From positions 1 to 61,687 of IMG/VR virus record IMGVR_UViG_3300004213_000001: a stretch of 61,687 nt of DNA. One strand, given 5' to 3'. Below the pieces are notes generated by a model. The model worked only from the letters and a program-made list of their open reading frames with translations, was not told the DNA's origin and searched no databases. The DNA is from a virus. Lineage: Duplodnaviria; Caudoviricetes. Shown here piece by piece: positions 18,186 to 26,846 of this stretch; the stretch's first letter is position 1; each line of letters starts with the position of its first letter. The position numbers and the translations under genes are program-made.

Positions 18186-18216
18186 ATCCTCTCACGGCAT
18201 CGGGCCACCGTGCAAG
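18186..18216 (-). promoter_or_regulatory. Conserved phage promoter repeat
   Basis: CTTGCAC-...-CCGTGAGAGGAT. Confidence 0.7.
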
Positions 18217-18228
18217 CCAGTTCACAGA

Positions 18229-18504
18229 CTAGTCTTCATCCAACCTCCGAGTGACGAGTCGAGAGCGCCCGCCCACGTGCCCGCTGCGCTGGCGGGGGCG
18301 ACCGCGCCGGGCGGCCTCCCTCTCCGCCTGGAGGCGCTGGTGCATCGGCAGGTCTCCTGGAGACCTGCGTACGACCACGGGCGGCCCCTGCGGCGGGAGA
18401 TGGGCGGCGGGGCCGAACCACCTCCGGAGGCGGTACGTCGCCAGCAGCCCGCCGACGACGAGCCCGACCGCCAGCGCGGTCAGGCCCACCAGCACGACGG
18501 TCAC
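18229..18504 (-). CDS. Membrane protein
   Basis: N-terminal TM segment VVLVGLTALAVGLVVGGLLA; GTGA overlap. Confidence 0.55.
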   Translation of the reverse strand: MTVVLVGLTALAVGLVVGGLLATYRLRRWFGPAAHLPPQGPPVVVRRSPGDLPMHQRLQAEREAARRGRPRQRSGHVGGRSRLVTRRLDED

Positions 18505-20372
18505 TTCCCCTCCACCAGTGCTCGGGCGTAGGTGACGTCTCGGGCCTGATCGAGAACCCGATACTGCTGGAAGCGGCGGCCCTCCACGTCGTTGGCGATG
18601 CTCTCGTCGATGGTGCCCTCCGTCAGGTAGCGGTAGATGGTGGCCTGGTGCACGCGGCTGGCGCGGTGGATGCGGTCCTCGAGTTGCTCGTTGTCGCCCG
18701 GGTCCCACATCGTGTCGAGCATGTGCATATCGTCAGCGGCGTCAAGCGTGACGGAAACTCCGCCCGCTTTCGAGTTCAGCAGGAATACCCGCGTCGTCAT
18801 TTGCGCACTCTGGAACTGGTCCATCGCCTTGTCGCGCTCGCGGTCGCTGGTGCCGCCGACAATCTTGAAATACTTGATATCGTTGGCCTGCAGAACCTTC
18901 TCGATTGCGAAGAGCATCTCGTTGAACTGGCTGGCGATGATGACCTTTCGATCGCCGGTCTTCTCGCCCTTCGAAATACCGGCCTCCTCCAACTTCTGCA
19001 TCACCATTTCGATCTTGCACGACTCCGGGGTGAACACGACCTTCTCACCCTGAACGTCGACGAGGCCGTTGGCGAGTTGCTTGCCGCGAGTGATGAAGGC
19101 CAGCACGCCGTCAACGGTCAGCATTCCGGACTTGCCGACGATTTCGCCATCATCGACGAGCCGTGCGTACTGCTTCCGCATCGCCGGGGTCGGCTCGCAC
19201 CAGACGTCGACGCGGCGTTTCTCGGGCAGGTTGGGCAGCACCTCCGCCTTCGTCCGCCGCAGGATGCGCGGCCCCAGCGTGGCGAGGAAGTGCTCCTCGT
19301 CCTTGCCGCCCTTGAGCGGGCCGACCTTCTTGACGGCGCGGGTGCGCCCGCCTCCGACGTGCGTCTCTTCCTCGGTGACCTCGAAGTGGATGCCAGCCCA
19401 CCGCCAGAACGCCGTGAACTCGTCCGGCCAGAGCCAGTGCAGCGTTCCGAACATGCCCTGCACGCGCCCACCACGGCCAAACGGCGTGCCCGAGATAGCG
19501 ATGCGGTGGATGCCCTCGCCGCTGGCGATGTTGAGGCGCTTCAGGCCCTTGCCTGCCAGGTTGCCCTTCACCACCGTGAGGCTGCCGAACATCTTGTGCG
19601 ACTCATCCACGATGACGGTGCTCCACAGAACCTCGAAGAGGAAGGGGTACTCGTAGCCCGCGAACTTCTTCTTGGCAGCGAGGTCGCCCAACTCTTCTTC
19701 GTCGAATTCTTCGATGATGCGTAGCGTCTCGGCCACGACGACGAGCCACTTCCGGCGGGCCGGGTCGGCGTCGAACTCCTGCATCGCCTTGTCGCGCTGC
19801 CGCCTGGTGCCGCGTGCGATGTAGACCCGCTCGTCGGTCCAGCGCGTCAACTCGCGCAACCAAACCGATCGGACCGAGAGGCGCGGGCAGACCACCAGCA
19901 CCGGGCCGGGCACGTCCTGCTCCAGGATGGCAGCGATGGTGCTCATCGTCTTGCCGGTGCCGGGGTGGTCGGCCAGCAGGCCAGCACCGCGCCAGCCCTC
20001 CGAGAGCCACTGCGCGGTGACGCGCTGGTCGGCCCGTAGCGTCGCCATCAGCAGCGGGGCCACCGTGGGCAGCCGGGTCAGGGTGGCGTCGGCCTGGTGG
20101 GCCGCAGAGGCCCGAGCGGCACCCTTCTGGCTGGTGGCCCGATACCACTGGCGGAGCGGCTCTGCGACGACGAGGCGCTTGCCCCAGATGGTGCGCAGCC
20201 GGTGGCACGTGTCGAGCGACAGCGGGTAGCGCCAGGTCTTCGACTCCTTGTGCCACCGCCCACCGCCGACGGCCTTGCTCAGTTCGGACGCCTCCATCCA
20301 GTCGTTGCGCGGGTCGTCGAACTCGTTGCGGGTGGCGATCTTGTCATCCACGATCGTGGCGATGCACTTCAC
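18501..20372 (-). CDS. SNF2-family helicase
   Basis: LADHPGTGKT, IVDESH, ISGTP, LRRTK, GGVSVTL, QLEDRIHR. Confidence 0.9.
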   Translation of the reverse strand: MKCIATIVDDKIATRNEFDDPRNDWMEASELSKAVGGGRWHKESKTWRYPLSLDTCHRLRTIWGKRLVVAEPLRQWYRATSQKGAARASAAHQADATLTRLPTVAPLLMATLRADQRVTAQWLSEGWRGAGLLADHPGTGKTMSTIAAILEQDVPGPVLVVCPRLSVRSVWLRELTRWTDERVYIARGTRRQRDKAMQEFDADPARRKWLVVVAETLRIIEEFDEEELGDLAAKKKFAGYEYPFLFEVLWSTVIVDESHKMFGSLTVVKGNLAGKGLKRLNIASGEGIHRIAISGTPFGRGGRVQGMFGTLHWLWPDEFTAFWRWAGIHFEVTEEETHVGGGRTRAVKKVGPLKGGKDEEHFLATLGPRILRRTKAEVLPNLPEKRRVDVWCEPTPAMRKQYARLVDDGEIVGKSGMLTVDGVLAFITRGKQLANGLVDVQGEKVVFTPESCKIEMVMQKLEEAGISKGEKTGDRKVIIASQFNEMLFAIEKVLQANDIKYFKIVGGTSDRERDKAMDQFQSAQMTTRVFLLNSKAGGVSVTLDAADDMHMLDTMWDPGDNEQLEDRIHRASRVHQATIYRYLTEGTIDESIANDVEGRRFQQYRVLDQARDVTYARALVEGK

Positions 20373-20578
20373 TTCAGGGCCTCCTGGCTGTTGAGGAACT
20401 CGCGGAGCCAGGTCACCGCCTCTACGACCTCGGTGATGCTGACCTCCTCGCGTGCCAGCACTCTACCAACGATCTCGCGTTCGTAGTAGTGGTGGTCGAG
20501 TCCATCTAGCGTCTCCGGCCCGCCCGCCTCCGCAGCCATCCCGCGCACCTTCGCGAGCAGCACTTCGCTGACCTGCAT
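20369..20578 (-). CDS. Hypothetical protein
   Basis: Fills gap between helicase and glycosylase. Confidence 0.55.
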   Translation of the reverse strand: MQVSEVLLAKVRGMAAEAGGPETLDGLDHHYYEREIVGRVLAREEVSITEVVEAVTWLREFLNSQEALK

Positions 20579-20579
20579 C

Positions 20580-21062
20580 TCATTTCCCTCTCGTCATCGT
20601 GTGCTGGCCTGATCTCCCGGTGGGCCAGAGGTAGCCGAACTCTCCCTGCGGCATCGGGTCGAAAGCCGCGCCGTAGAACTCCGGGTTCTTGTCGATCAAC
20701 TTCAATTGATGCGACTGGTGGAACTCCGCGTTGCCGAGCCACCACGGGTCCTCTCCGTGAAACTCCGGAATGCATCGCGTGTTGTGCATCTCCCAGGTGG
20801 GCTCGAGGCAGTTGTCGACGAAGGGCTTGCCCTTCAGAGTGACGTGGCTCTTCCACTCGGTGACGATGGCGACCTGATACCGCATCAGGGCGCAACCGTA
20901 CCCGCGCCACATCCGGAGGGCCGGGTGGTTCTGCCAGCCGTAGTCAGGGTCGATGAGCGCGTGCATCAACTGCATCGTCTCGACACGCTGCTTCCCGAGC
21001 CGCCTGTTGTCGAGCACAGCGGCGCTCTGCCCGAAGTCGGGGAAGGGCAGGAAGGTCTGCAT
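20580..21062 (-). CDS. Pyrimidine-dimer DNA glycosylase-like protein (MSMEG_6728 family)
   Basis: MQTFLP..DF..SA.VLD.RRLGKQRVE...GW.NHPA..MWRGY. Confidence 0.8.
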   Translation of the reverse strand: MQTFLPFPDFGQSAAVLDNRRLGKQRVETMQLMHALIDPDYGWQNHPALRMWRGYGCALMRYQVAIVTEWKSHVTLKGKPFVDNCLEPTWEMHNTRCIPEFHGEDPWWLGNAEFHQSHQLKLIDKNPEFYGAAFDPMPQGEFGYLWPTGRSGQHTMTRGK

Positions 21063-21256
21063 CAGCAGAGCCTCCTAGCCGCGAACTCCTGCTCCAGCAC
21101 CCGCCCGTAGAGGGCGGCCCACTGCTGGTCGGCCTGACTGGCCTCTGGCTCGGGCTGTGCGTCGACCACAGCGTCGAGCGGGCACCCTCCTCGGGCCAGC
21201 CAGGCCCGTCGCCTCAGATCGGCGCTGGTGCCCTGCTGCGTACGACCGGCGGTCAT
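21062..21256 (-). CDS. Hypothetical protein
   Basis: Overlaps both neighbours. Confidence 0.5.
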   Translation of the reverse strand: MTAGRTQQGTSADLRRRAWLARGGCPLDAVVDAQPEPEASQADQQWAALYGRVLEQEFAARRLC

Positions 21257-21969
21257 CGGACCGTGTGGATGCGCGAGAGGCGCACGACGCGGGTCGGGCC
21301 GGGGTTCATGCGGGCGTCGCCCTTCGCGGCGGTGTCCAACTCACGGAAGGCCACGCACCGCTCGCCACCGTGCGTCTCGAACTTGCAGTAGCGCGGGTGC
21401 ACCGTGGCACTGTCGTCGCTGTAGTCGTCGGGGCCACCGTCCATGTCCGCCAGGTTGATGCTCCAGACGAGGGTGCGGCCCACCAGCGCAGCGCGCATGG
21501 CGTCGTCGTCGAGGCTCAGGTCCAGCACGGCCTCGCCGCCCTTCACCTTCGCGATGCGCTCGTCTCGGGGCGTGGCCCGCACGGCCTTGACGGTCTCGCT
21601 GGTGGTGGCGTCGCGGTGACGGCGCTGGCGCGTCTTCTCGCTGACGACTCGGGGCGGCAGCGCGCCGAACTTGCTGGCGTAGATGCGGCGAGCCAGCCCG
21701 GCCCCGCTCTTGCCCTGCGCGACGTTGTCGGCGCTACCGGGCAGGCCCAGGTCGAAGGCGATGCGCCACCACGGGGTGCCCGCGTCGCGGCCAGCCTTGA
21801 TGGCGTCGGCGTGCGCAGCCAACTCGGGGGCGAGGGCGCGACTGCGGACGGGCTTCTCGGTGGGGCTGGCAGCCTGCGCGGCGACCTTGCGCTCGGCCTC
21901 GGCGATGATGCGCCCGGCCTCCTGCTCGGCGGCCCGCTCTGCCTTCACTCGCTTGTCTTGCTTGGTCAC
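21253..21969 (-). CDS. Hypothetical protein with HTH-like segment
   Basis: RDAGTPWWRIAFDLGL; CCAGGAGGC RBS. Confidence 0.6.
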   Translation of the reverse strand: MTKQDKRVKAERAAEQEAGRIIAEAERKVAAQAASPTEKPVRSRALAPELAAHADAIKAGRDAGTPWWRIAFDLGLPGSADNVAQGKSGAGLARRIYASKFGALPPRVVSEKTRQRRHRDATTSETVKAVRATPRDERIAKVKGGEAVLDLSLDDDAMRAALVGRTLVWSINLADMDGGPDDYSDDSATVHPRYCKFETHGGERCVAFRELDTAAKGDARMNPGPTRVVRLSRIHTVR

Positions 21970-22005
21970 GATGCGCCTCCTGGCGATGGTGGTTGAACTT
22001 GCTGA

Positions 22006-22026
22006 GGTCAGCGTAGCACGCTGACC
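22006..22026. promoter_or_regulatory. Perfect 9-bp inverted repeat over an extended -10 (operator-like)
   Basis: GGTCAGCGT-agc-ACGCTGACC; minus strand contains TGCTACGCT. Confidence 0.5.
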
Positions 22027-22035
22027 GGGTGGAAC

Positions 22036-22155
22036 TCAGTTGCGCGGGAAGATGGACTCGTCCGAGCCGTGGCCCACCAGGGGCACCATCGCGACGAGGC
22101 CGCTCGCCGCGAGGGCGACGATGAGGCAGATGATGAAGAAGGTGATGGTGCTCAT
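22036..22155 (-). CDS. Small membrane protein (39 aa)
   Basis: MSTITFFIICLIVALAASGLVAMV; ATGA overlap. Confidence 0.55.
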   Translation of the reverse strand: MSTITFFIICLIVALAASGLVAMVPLVGHGSDESIFPRN

Positions 22156-22442
22156 GACGGGCCGGACCTCTCGTTGTAGCGGTTGACTGCCGCCACTCTA
22201 GCACGGACCTCTCCCGAGTCCACGTCGTAGGGCTCTCGCACCGTGGCGATCGCCCTCAGAAGCCCTCTCGCGTACCCCGTCATCTCCGCCCGCTCCGCAG
22301 TGCCAGGACGCATCGCCGGGAGATCACTCATGAGCGTGTCGTACGCCTCGTCCAGGTCCTCCTCCATCATCTCCAGGAGACTGAGGCCGGGCGGCACTGG
22401 ATAGACGTTACCCGCTGCGGCGCGGGCTGCCTTGCTCGTCAC
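22152..22442 (-). CDS. Hypothetical protein
   Basis: Coupled ORF. Confidence 0.6.
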   Translation of the reverse strand: MTSKAARAAAGNVYPVPPGLSLLEMMEEDLDEAYDTLMSDLPAMRPGTAERAEMTGYARGLLRAIATVREPYDVDSGEVRARVAAVNRYNERSGPS

Positions 22443-22756
22443 GAGTACCGCCTCGTGGTGGAGCCGGAGGGGCCGAGCCCCATCTCGGGCGGCAGGCAGC
22501 GCGGGTGGAACTTGGAGATGACGCGGCGCTGGTAGTCGACGGCGCGGGCCTGCTCGGGCTTGCTCAGGTCCTCACCGGGCCTCTGAGCGACGAACTGCAC
22601 GCGCACGTACGCAGTGCCGACCGGGATGGCCCGCTCGGCGCTGGTGGCGTCTGAGGGGCAGCCCTCGCACTCGTGGCGCTGGTGCGCCCTGGTGCGCTTC
22701 GCGGTGATGGCTGTCTTGCCGTCGAGGAAGGAGGTGGTGGTGCTCTTGTCGGTCAT
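22439..22756 (-). CDS. Hypothetical Zn-binding protein
   Basis: Start MTDKST; HECEGC...IPVG..Y...HPRC. Confidence 0.6.
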   Translation of the reverse strand: MTDKSTTTSFLDGKTAITAKRTRAHQRHECEGCPSDATSAERAIPVGTAYVRVQFVAQRPGEDLSKPEQARAVDYQRRVISKFHPRCLPPEMGLGPSGSTTRRYS

Positions 22757-22758
22757 GG

Positions 22759-22869
22759 CTAGTGCCTTCCGGTGGTGCCGTCGATGATGGCGATGAAGAT
22801 GAACACGACGCAGACCAACAGGAGGAGGTCCTTGCCGTTGAAGTGACTGAGAACGTCGAGCAGGGGCAT
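22759..22869 (-). CDS. Small membrane protein (36 aa)
   Basis: GKDLLLLVCVVFIFIAII; GAGAGG RBS. Confidence 0.5.
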   Translation of the reverse strand: MPLLDVLSHFNGKDLLLLVCVVFIFIAIIDGTTGRH

Positions 22870-22893
22870 GACTGCCTCTCGGGTAGAAGGGGA

Positions 22894-22919
22894 CCGGGCG
22901 GCCCGAGTGGGCCGCCCGG
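22894..22919 (-). terminator. Hairpin, probable terminator
   Basis: CCGGGCGGCCC/GGGCCGCCCGG 11-bp stem. Confidence 0.6.
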
Positions 22920-22926
22920 CTGGTGC

Positions 22927-23469
22927 TCACTTCGCGGCGCAGATGGGGCCGATGCCCGCCGCCCGACTGTTCTCGTCGGTGAGGGTGCGCCCGCAGTCGC
23001 CGCACACACCGAGTTCGCGACCGTACCGGATCATCGCGGCGCGGGGACCGGCTTTGGCGATGGCCCGCAGGATGGCGGCCTTCGCGTCGCGGCTCTTGAT
23101 GGGGTGGAAGTCGTCGCTGGCCTGGACCTTGACGAAGGTGTAGCCCTTCCACTTGCCCTCGGTGGGCCGGTCGACCTTGTAGAACTTGAGCGTGCCGTCC
23201 ATCTCGACGGCGTACCGGCCCTCGGGCACCTCCGGCATCGCGGCGACCGGGGCGCTGGCGTCGCCGGGGCGGGCTGCGGGAAGCGCGATGACCTCGCTGA
23301 TGGCGGCCCGAGCGCTGCTCATCGGGATGGTGCTCTGCCCGGTGGCGAAGCGGCGGAAGGCCTCGGCGTTGCGGTAGCCGGTGAAGTCCTTCTCGGCGAG
23401 CAACTTGGCCGCGAAGTTGACCTGAGCCTCGCTTGCGCCCCGGTAGTTCTGGTCGGTGTTGGTGTTCAT
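22927..23469 (-). CDS. DUF6011-like protein
   Basis: PEGRYAV...FYKVDRP..GKW...CGDCGRTLTD..S.AAGIGPICA. Confidence 0.75.
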   Translation of the reverse strand: MNTNTDQNYRGASEAQVNFAAKLLAEKDFTGYRNAEAFRRFATGQSTIPMSSARAAISEVIALPAARPGDASAPVAAMPEVPEGRYAVEMDGTLKFYKVDRPTEGKWKGYTFVKVQASDDFHPIKSRDAKAAILRAIAKAGPRAAMIRYGRELGVCGDCGRTLTDENSRAAGIGPICAAK

Positions 23470-23508
23470 GGCGGCCTCCTGGCTGCTCGGTGAGTTGCTG
23501 TTGAGAGA

Positions 23509-23538
23509 ACTCTCTCACGGGCTGGCCTGCTACGCAAG
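23509..23538 (-). promoter_or_regulatory. Conserved phage promoter repeat
   Basis: CTTGCGT-...-CCGTGAGAGAGT. Confidence 0.7.
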
Positions 23539-23572
23539 ACAGCCCGCGAGATTCGTTGGAAGTGGAGCGGGC

Positions 23573-23824
23573 TCAGTCTCCCCGCGACCACCAGCAGGTC
23601 GGGCCGAAGCCTCTGGCGATGCTGACCGGGTCGGTGAGCGGCCTGCCGCAGCGGCGGCAGCAGGGCTCTGAGGCCTCAGCAGGGTCGCGGTCGGCCGTGA
23701 GCACGGCCATCGCCGCTGCGACGAGCACAGCGGCACCTGCCAGCAGCCACGAGCCTCTACGGGGAGGGCGAGCCCACCCGTCCTGTCGGAAGCCGGGGCG
23801 CGGCTCCTCCTCGTCGTTCGTCAT
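23573..23824 (-). CDS. Membrane-anchored protein with DUF6011-like Zn finger
   Basis: TM helix then CRRCGRPLTDPVSIARGFGPTC. Confidence 0.6.
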   Translation of the reverse strand: MTNDEEEPRPGFRQDGWARPPRRGSWLLAGAAVLVAAAMAVLTADRDPAEASEPCCRRCGRPLTDPVSIARGFGPTCWWSRGD

Positions 23825-23904
23825 GCGGTCTCCTCTCGTTACGGGCTGGCTGCCCTGGAGGGCTCGCCCCTTCCTCCGACAGAGGGGCGAGCCCACCGGG
23901 CCAG

Positions 23905-24108
23905 TCAGAGCCGAGTCGCCATGTGGTCTCGCACGGCGGCGATGACGCCGCTCGTGGCGGGCTCGCCCAACTCCTCCAGGCAGTCGCCGACGAGGTCGGC
24001 GGACTCCATGAGTTCCTCGGGGCTGTCGCCGAGGTCCAGGATGCGGTCGCACAGCGCCACGAGGGCGTCGTACGAGAGGAAGGGCTGACGGGGTGCGCGG
24101 GTTGCCAT
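23905..24108 (-). CDS. Hypothetical protein
   Basis: ORF with GAGGG RBS. Confidence 0.55.
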   Translation of the reverse strand: MATRAPRQPFLSYDALVALCDRILDLGDSPEELMESADLVGDCLEELGEPATSGVIAAVRDHMATRL

Positions 24109-24120
24109 GTGAGTACCCTC

Positions 24121-24306
24121 TCACTTCTCGAAGTTGATGGCAAGCCCGCAGGTGCACTGGATGGAGGTGCCCTTGACCTGGAGGGCCGGGTCCTTGGCTC
24201 CGCCGAGCGCGACGCCCTCGGGGAAGCCCTCGAACTTGGCGACGAGGTTGACGCGCCACTTCTTGCCGCAGGTGCACTGGACGTTGAAAATCTTCTTGGT
24301 TGCCAT
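24121..24306 (-). CDS. Small protein with two QCTCG Zn knuckles
   Basis: QCTCG occurs twice. Confidence 0.6.
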   Translation of the reverse strand: MATKKIFNVQCTCGKKWRVNLVAKFEGFPEGVALGGAKDPALQVKGTSIQCTCGLAINFEK

Positions 24307-24344
24307 GCGACTACTCTCTCACTCTCGATGCGGGAACGCAAGAA

Positions 24345-24368
24345 GGGGCGGCCCCGTAGGGCCGCCCC
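24345..24368 (-). terminator. Intrinsic terminator
   Basis: GGGGCGGCCC/GGGCCGCCCC followed by TTCTT. Confidence 0.7.
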
Positions 24369-24375
24369 GGCTGGC

Positions 24376-24780
24376 TCAGTGCTGCTCGGCCTGCTGGGCC
24401 TCGGTGAGGGCCAGGGTCCAGGCCAAGCCCCGAAGCGCCCGGCGGACGCAGGGAGCGGAGACGCCCTCGGCGGCGGCGATGTCCTTCTGAGTCATGCCCT
24501 TGACGTCCCGCATCTTGGCCCACCGGACGGCCTGGCGGAACTCGGCGGTGTTCCGGGCCATCGTCTTGATGCGGCGGCCAGCCGGGGTGCGGGGCACGAA
24601 CATCTGGACGGCGGTGAGGCGGCTGCCCTGCTGGTGGTTCTTGCCCTGGCACTCGCAGTCGCACTCGGTGCCCTCGGCGAACATGCACCGGTCGTCGCAG
24701 GGGGTGATGCCCTTCTCGACCTTGGTGGCGGCGAGGGAGTCGAGGAGCGAGGTGGGGAGGGAGATGGTGGTGACGGACAT
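24376..24780 (-). CDS. Cys-rich Zn domain plus HTH DNA-binding protein
   Basis: CDDRC.FA.GTECDCECQGKNH and MTQKDIAAAEGVSAPCVRR. Confidence 0.7.
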   Translation of the reverse strand: MSVTTISLPTSLLDSLAATKVEKGITPCDDRCMFAEGTECDCECQGKNHQQGSRLTAVQMFVPRTPAGRRIKTMARNTAEFRQAVRWAKMRDVKGMTQKDIAAAEGVSAPCVRRALRGLAWTLALTEAQQAEQH

Positions 24781-24826
24781 TGCAGCCTCCTGGCTGTTGG
24801 TGGGACCGTGTTGCCCCGGTGAGATC

Positions 24827-24857
24827 ACTCTCTCACGGCAGGCCAGGGGCGTGCAAG
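24827..24857 (-). promoter_or_regulatory. Conserved phage promoter repeat
   Basis: CTTGCAC-...-CCGTGAGAGAGT. Confidence 0.7.
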
Positions 24858-24885
24858 CCCAAATCGAGATCTGGAGGAGAAACTC

Positions 24886-25098
24886 TCAGAAGTCTCCGCT
24901 GGCCTCCCCGCCTGGCCGGTCTCCGCAGGTGCCGTGATCTGGCGTATCTATAGGGACCTCGGACTTCGCCTCGGTCTGAGCGTCGTTCTGAGCCTGGGGC
25001 GGAGCGGGCTGCTGCCCGACGACGTCGGCCGCGTAGGAGGCCAGCACGAACACGAGCAGCATCCCGATGAAGACCAGGGTCTTCGTGAAGTCGCTCAT
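24886..25098 (-). CDS. Small membrane or exported protein
   Basis: MSDFTKTLVFIGMLLVFVLASYAA. Confidence 0.55.
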   Translation of the reverse strand: MSDFTKTLVFIGMLLVFVLASYAADVVGQQPAPPQAQNDAQTEAKSEVPIDTPDHGTCGDRPGGEASGDF

Positions 25099-25262
25099 CC
25101 GAACGGCTGGCTGGCGCGGGCGATGGCGTTGATGGCCTTCCGCTTCTGCAGTTCGCCCGCCACGTTCTGAAGGTCGCTGCGCTGCTGCGGGGACCGGGCG
25201 GCGGGCGGGATGCTGACGAGTCGGTTGTAGGCCTGCTGGAGGTTCTCGAGGCTCTCGCTCAT
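25095..25262 (-). CDS. Hypothetical protein (55 aa)
   Basis: MSESLENLQQ...; GGAAGG RBS, ATGA overlap downstream. Confidence 0.55.
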   Translation of the reverse strand: MSESLENLQQAYNRLVSIPPAARSPQQRSDLQNVAGELQKRKAINAIARASQPFG

Positions 25263-25364
25263 GGCTGGTTCCTTCCTGGGTGGCCCTGTACGGGCCTGTA
25301 GTCGATTCTGAGGCGATGGCAGCCCGCCAGCCGAGGAGGGGCCGACGGGCTGCCTGGTCGAGCC

Positions 25365-25649
25365 CTAGCGGGGCAGCGGCACCGCGTGAGCCTTGCCCTG
25401 CTGCGCCAGCCACTTCTGGAGGTCCAGGCTGAGCCCGTCGGGCGGGCCGCCGAGACTGGCGATGTGCCGGTTCAGGTCCCACAGCGCGGCCCACTTCGTG
25501 CGGGCGTCGCTGATGCCAGCGCGCTTCAGGGCGGCGAGGGTGGAGGAGCGGAAGCCGAGCCCGCGCACCTCCAGGTGGAGCCTGCCCCGTGCCTGGAGCA
25601 GTCCGAACATCGCGATCTGCTCGGGTCGGTCGAGCACGATGGCGCTCAC
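25365..25649 (-). CDS. Hypothetical protein
   Basis: GTGA-coupled to upstream ORF. Confidence 0.6.
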   Translation of the reverse strand: MSAIVLDRPEQIAMFGLLQARGRLHLEVRGLGFRSSTLAALKRAGISDARTKWAALWDLNRHIASLGGPPDGLSLDLQKWLAQQGKAHAVPLPR

Positions 25650-26092
25650 AGGTGGGCCTGCGCGTCGGGGAGCGGGTTGACGCTGCCGACGCCCTGGTGG
25701 CGCGCCTGCTCCATCAGGACGTCGCCGGGGCCGAAGGCGTAGGGGTGCACCACGTCCTTCGGGCTGGCGAGGAAGCGCGTGAGGTGCTGACGGTCGAACT
25801 CCTGCACGATGGCGTTGAAGACGTGCGACGGGAGGATGGCGTACGCGACGCTCGCGGTGTACTGGTAGCGCCGTTGGACCATGCCCTGCGAGCCGTCGCT
25901 GTTGATGGCGTAGCCCTCCAGGGTGAAGGTGAGGTCCTCGAGCGCGGTGTCGTCGTAGCCGGTGACCGCGATGTTGCGGATGTGCGCCTTGAAGACCCGG
26001 TCTCGCGGGTAGGTGACGCCCTTGTGCTCGAACTGCTCGTCGGCGTCGAGCCTGACGCTTACCGACCGGCTGACGGAGTTGCTGAGGTGCAT
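25646..26092 (-). CDS. Hypothetical protein
   Basis: Start MHLSNS after CCAGGAGGC RBS. Confidence 0.65.
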   Translation of the reverse strand: MHLSNSVSRSVSVRLDADEQFEHKGVTYPRDRVFKAHIRNIAVTGYDDTALEDLTFTLEGYAINSDGSQGMVQRRYQYTASVAYAILPSHVFNAIVQEFDRQHLTRFLASPKDVVHPYAFGPGDVLMEQARHQGVGSVNPLPDAQAHL

Positions 26093-26124
26093 AACTGCCT
26101 CCTGGCTAGGTGTTTCGTAGTGCC

Positions 26125-26153
26125 AGCCTGTCACGGGCTGGCTCGTGGTGCAA
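26125..26153 (-). promoter_or_regulatory. Conserved phage promoter repeat (variant)
   Basis: TTGCAC-17-CAGGCT with CCGTGA. Confidence 0.6.
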
Positions 26154-26174
26154 CTGCTGGCAAGAACCGGATGA

Positions 26175-26204
26175 GGCCGGGGCTGCTGGTGCGCAGCCCC
26201 GGCC
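26175..26204 (-). terminator. Hairpin, probable terminator
   Basis: GGCCGGGGCTGC/GCAGCCCCGGCC 12-bp stem. Confidence 0.65.
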
Positions 26205-26214
26205 CCGTTCTGGC

Positions 26215-26625
26215 TCAGGCCTCGGTGGTGTCGGCCGGGGCCGGGGCCTCCTCGGTGCCCTCGGCGATGGCCTCCACCTTGCGGAGCGAGATGCCCGCCT
26301 CCAGCGCCTCCTTGATGCCCTTGCGGGTCAGGCTCTCGGCGATCTGCGCCAGGGCCAGGGCGTTCAGGGTGCGGCGGACGTGCGCCACCGAGACGAAGCG
26401 GCTGGCCGCGATGGCCCGGATGGTGCTCCCGGCCTCACGCTCGGCCTGGATGGCCTCGGCCTCGACCCGGGCCTCGGTGCCGACGGCGAGGTACTGCACG
26501 CGGCGGGTGGTGCCGTTGGCCCGCTGGATGTAGAACTTGACGACGCCGGTGGTGGCGGCCCGCTGGAAGGTGGCCGGAGCGCGGTGGGTGACGGTGGTGT
26601 CGGTGACGCTGATGACGATGGACAT
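26215..26625 (-). CDS. HTH DNA-binding protein
   Basis: REAGSTIRAIAASRFVSVAHVRRTL. Confidence 0.7.
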   Translation of the reverse strand: MSIVISVTDTTVTHRAPATFQRAATTGVVKFYIQRANGTTRRVQYLAVGTEARVEAEAIQAEREAGSTIRAIAASRFVSVAHVRRTLNALALAQIAESLTRKGIKEALEAGISLRKVEAIAEGTEEAPAPADTTEA

Positions 26626-26671
26626 GATAGCCTCCTGGCTGTTTGGCGGCCCCTGTTGGCCTGATGAGAAC

Positions 26672-26702
26672 ATCCTCTCACGGGTCCAGTGGAGTGCGCA
26701 AG
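26672..26702 (-). promoter_or_regulatory. Conserved phage promoter repeat
   Basis: CTTGCGC-...-CCGTGAGAGGAT. Confidence 0.7.
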
Positions 26703-26800
26703 CCCGTTCCCGAGATCTCTCGAGAATTTCTTCCTCCACTGGTATCTCTCCTAGCCAGAGCCGACTTCGGTCTCCATCTCCGTCTGCCCTGGCTCGGCAA

Positions 26801-26832
26801 CAGGGCCGCCTCCCCGAGGAGAGACGGCCCTG
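26801..26832 (-). terminator. Hairpin, probable terminator
   Basis: CAGGGCCG...CGGCCCTG stem right after the secreted-protein gene. Confidence 0.55.
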
Positions 26833-26846
26833 CGCTCGGCGCGCTC

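Noticed and set aside
26661-26668. CTGATGAG hammerhead-like core
   Set aside because: No matching GAAA and stems; coincides with a promoter leader on the opposite strand
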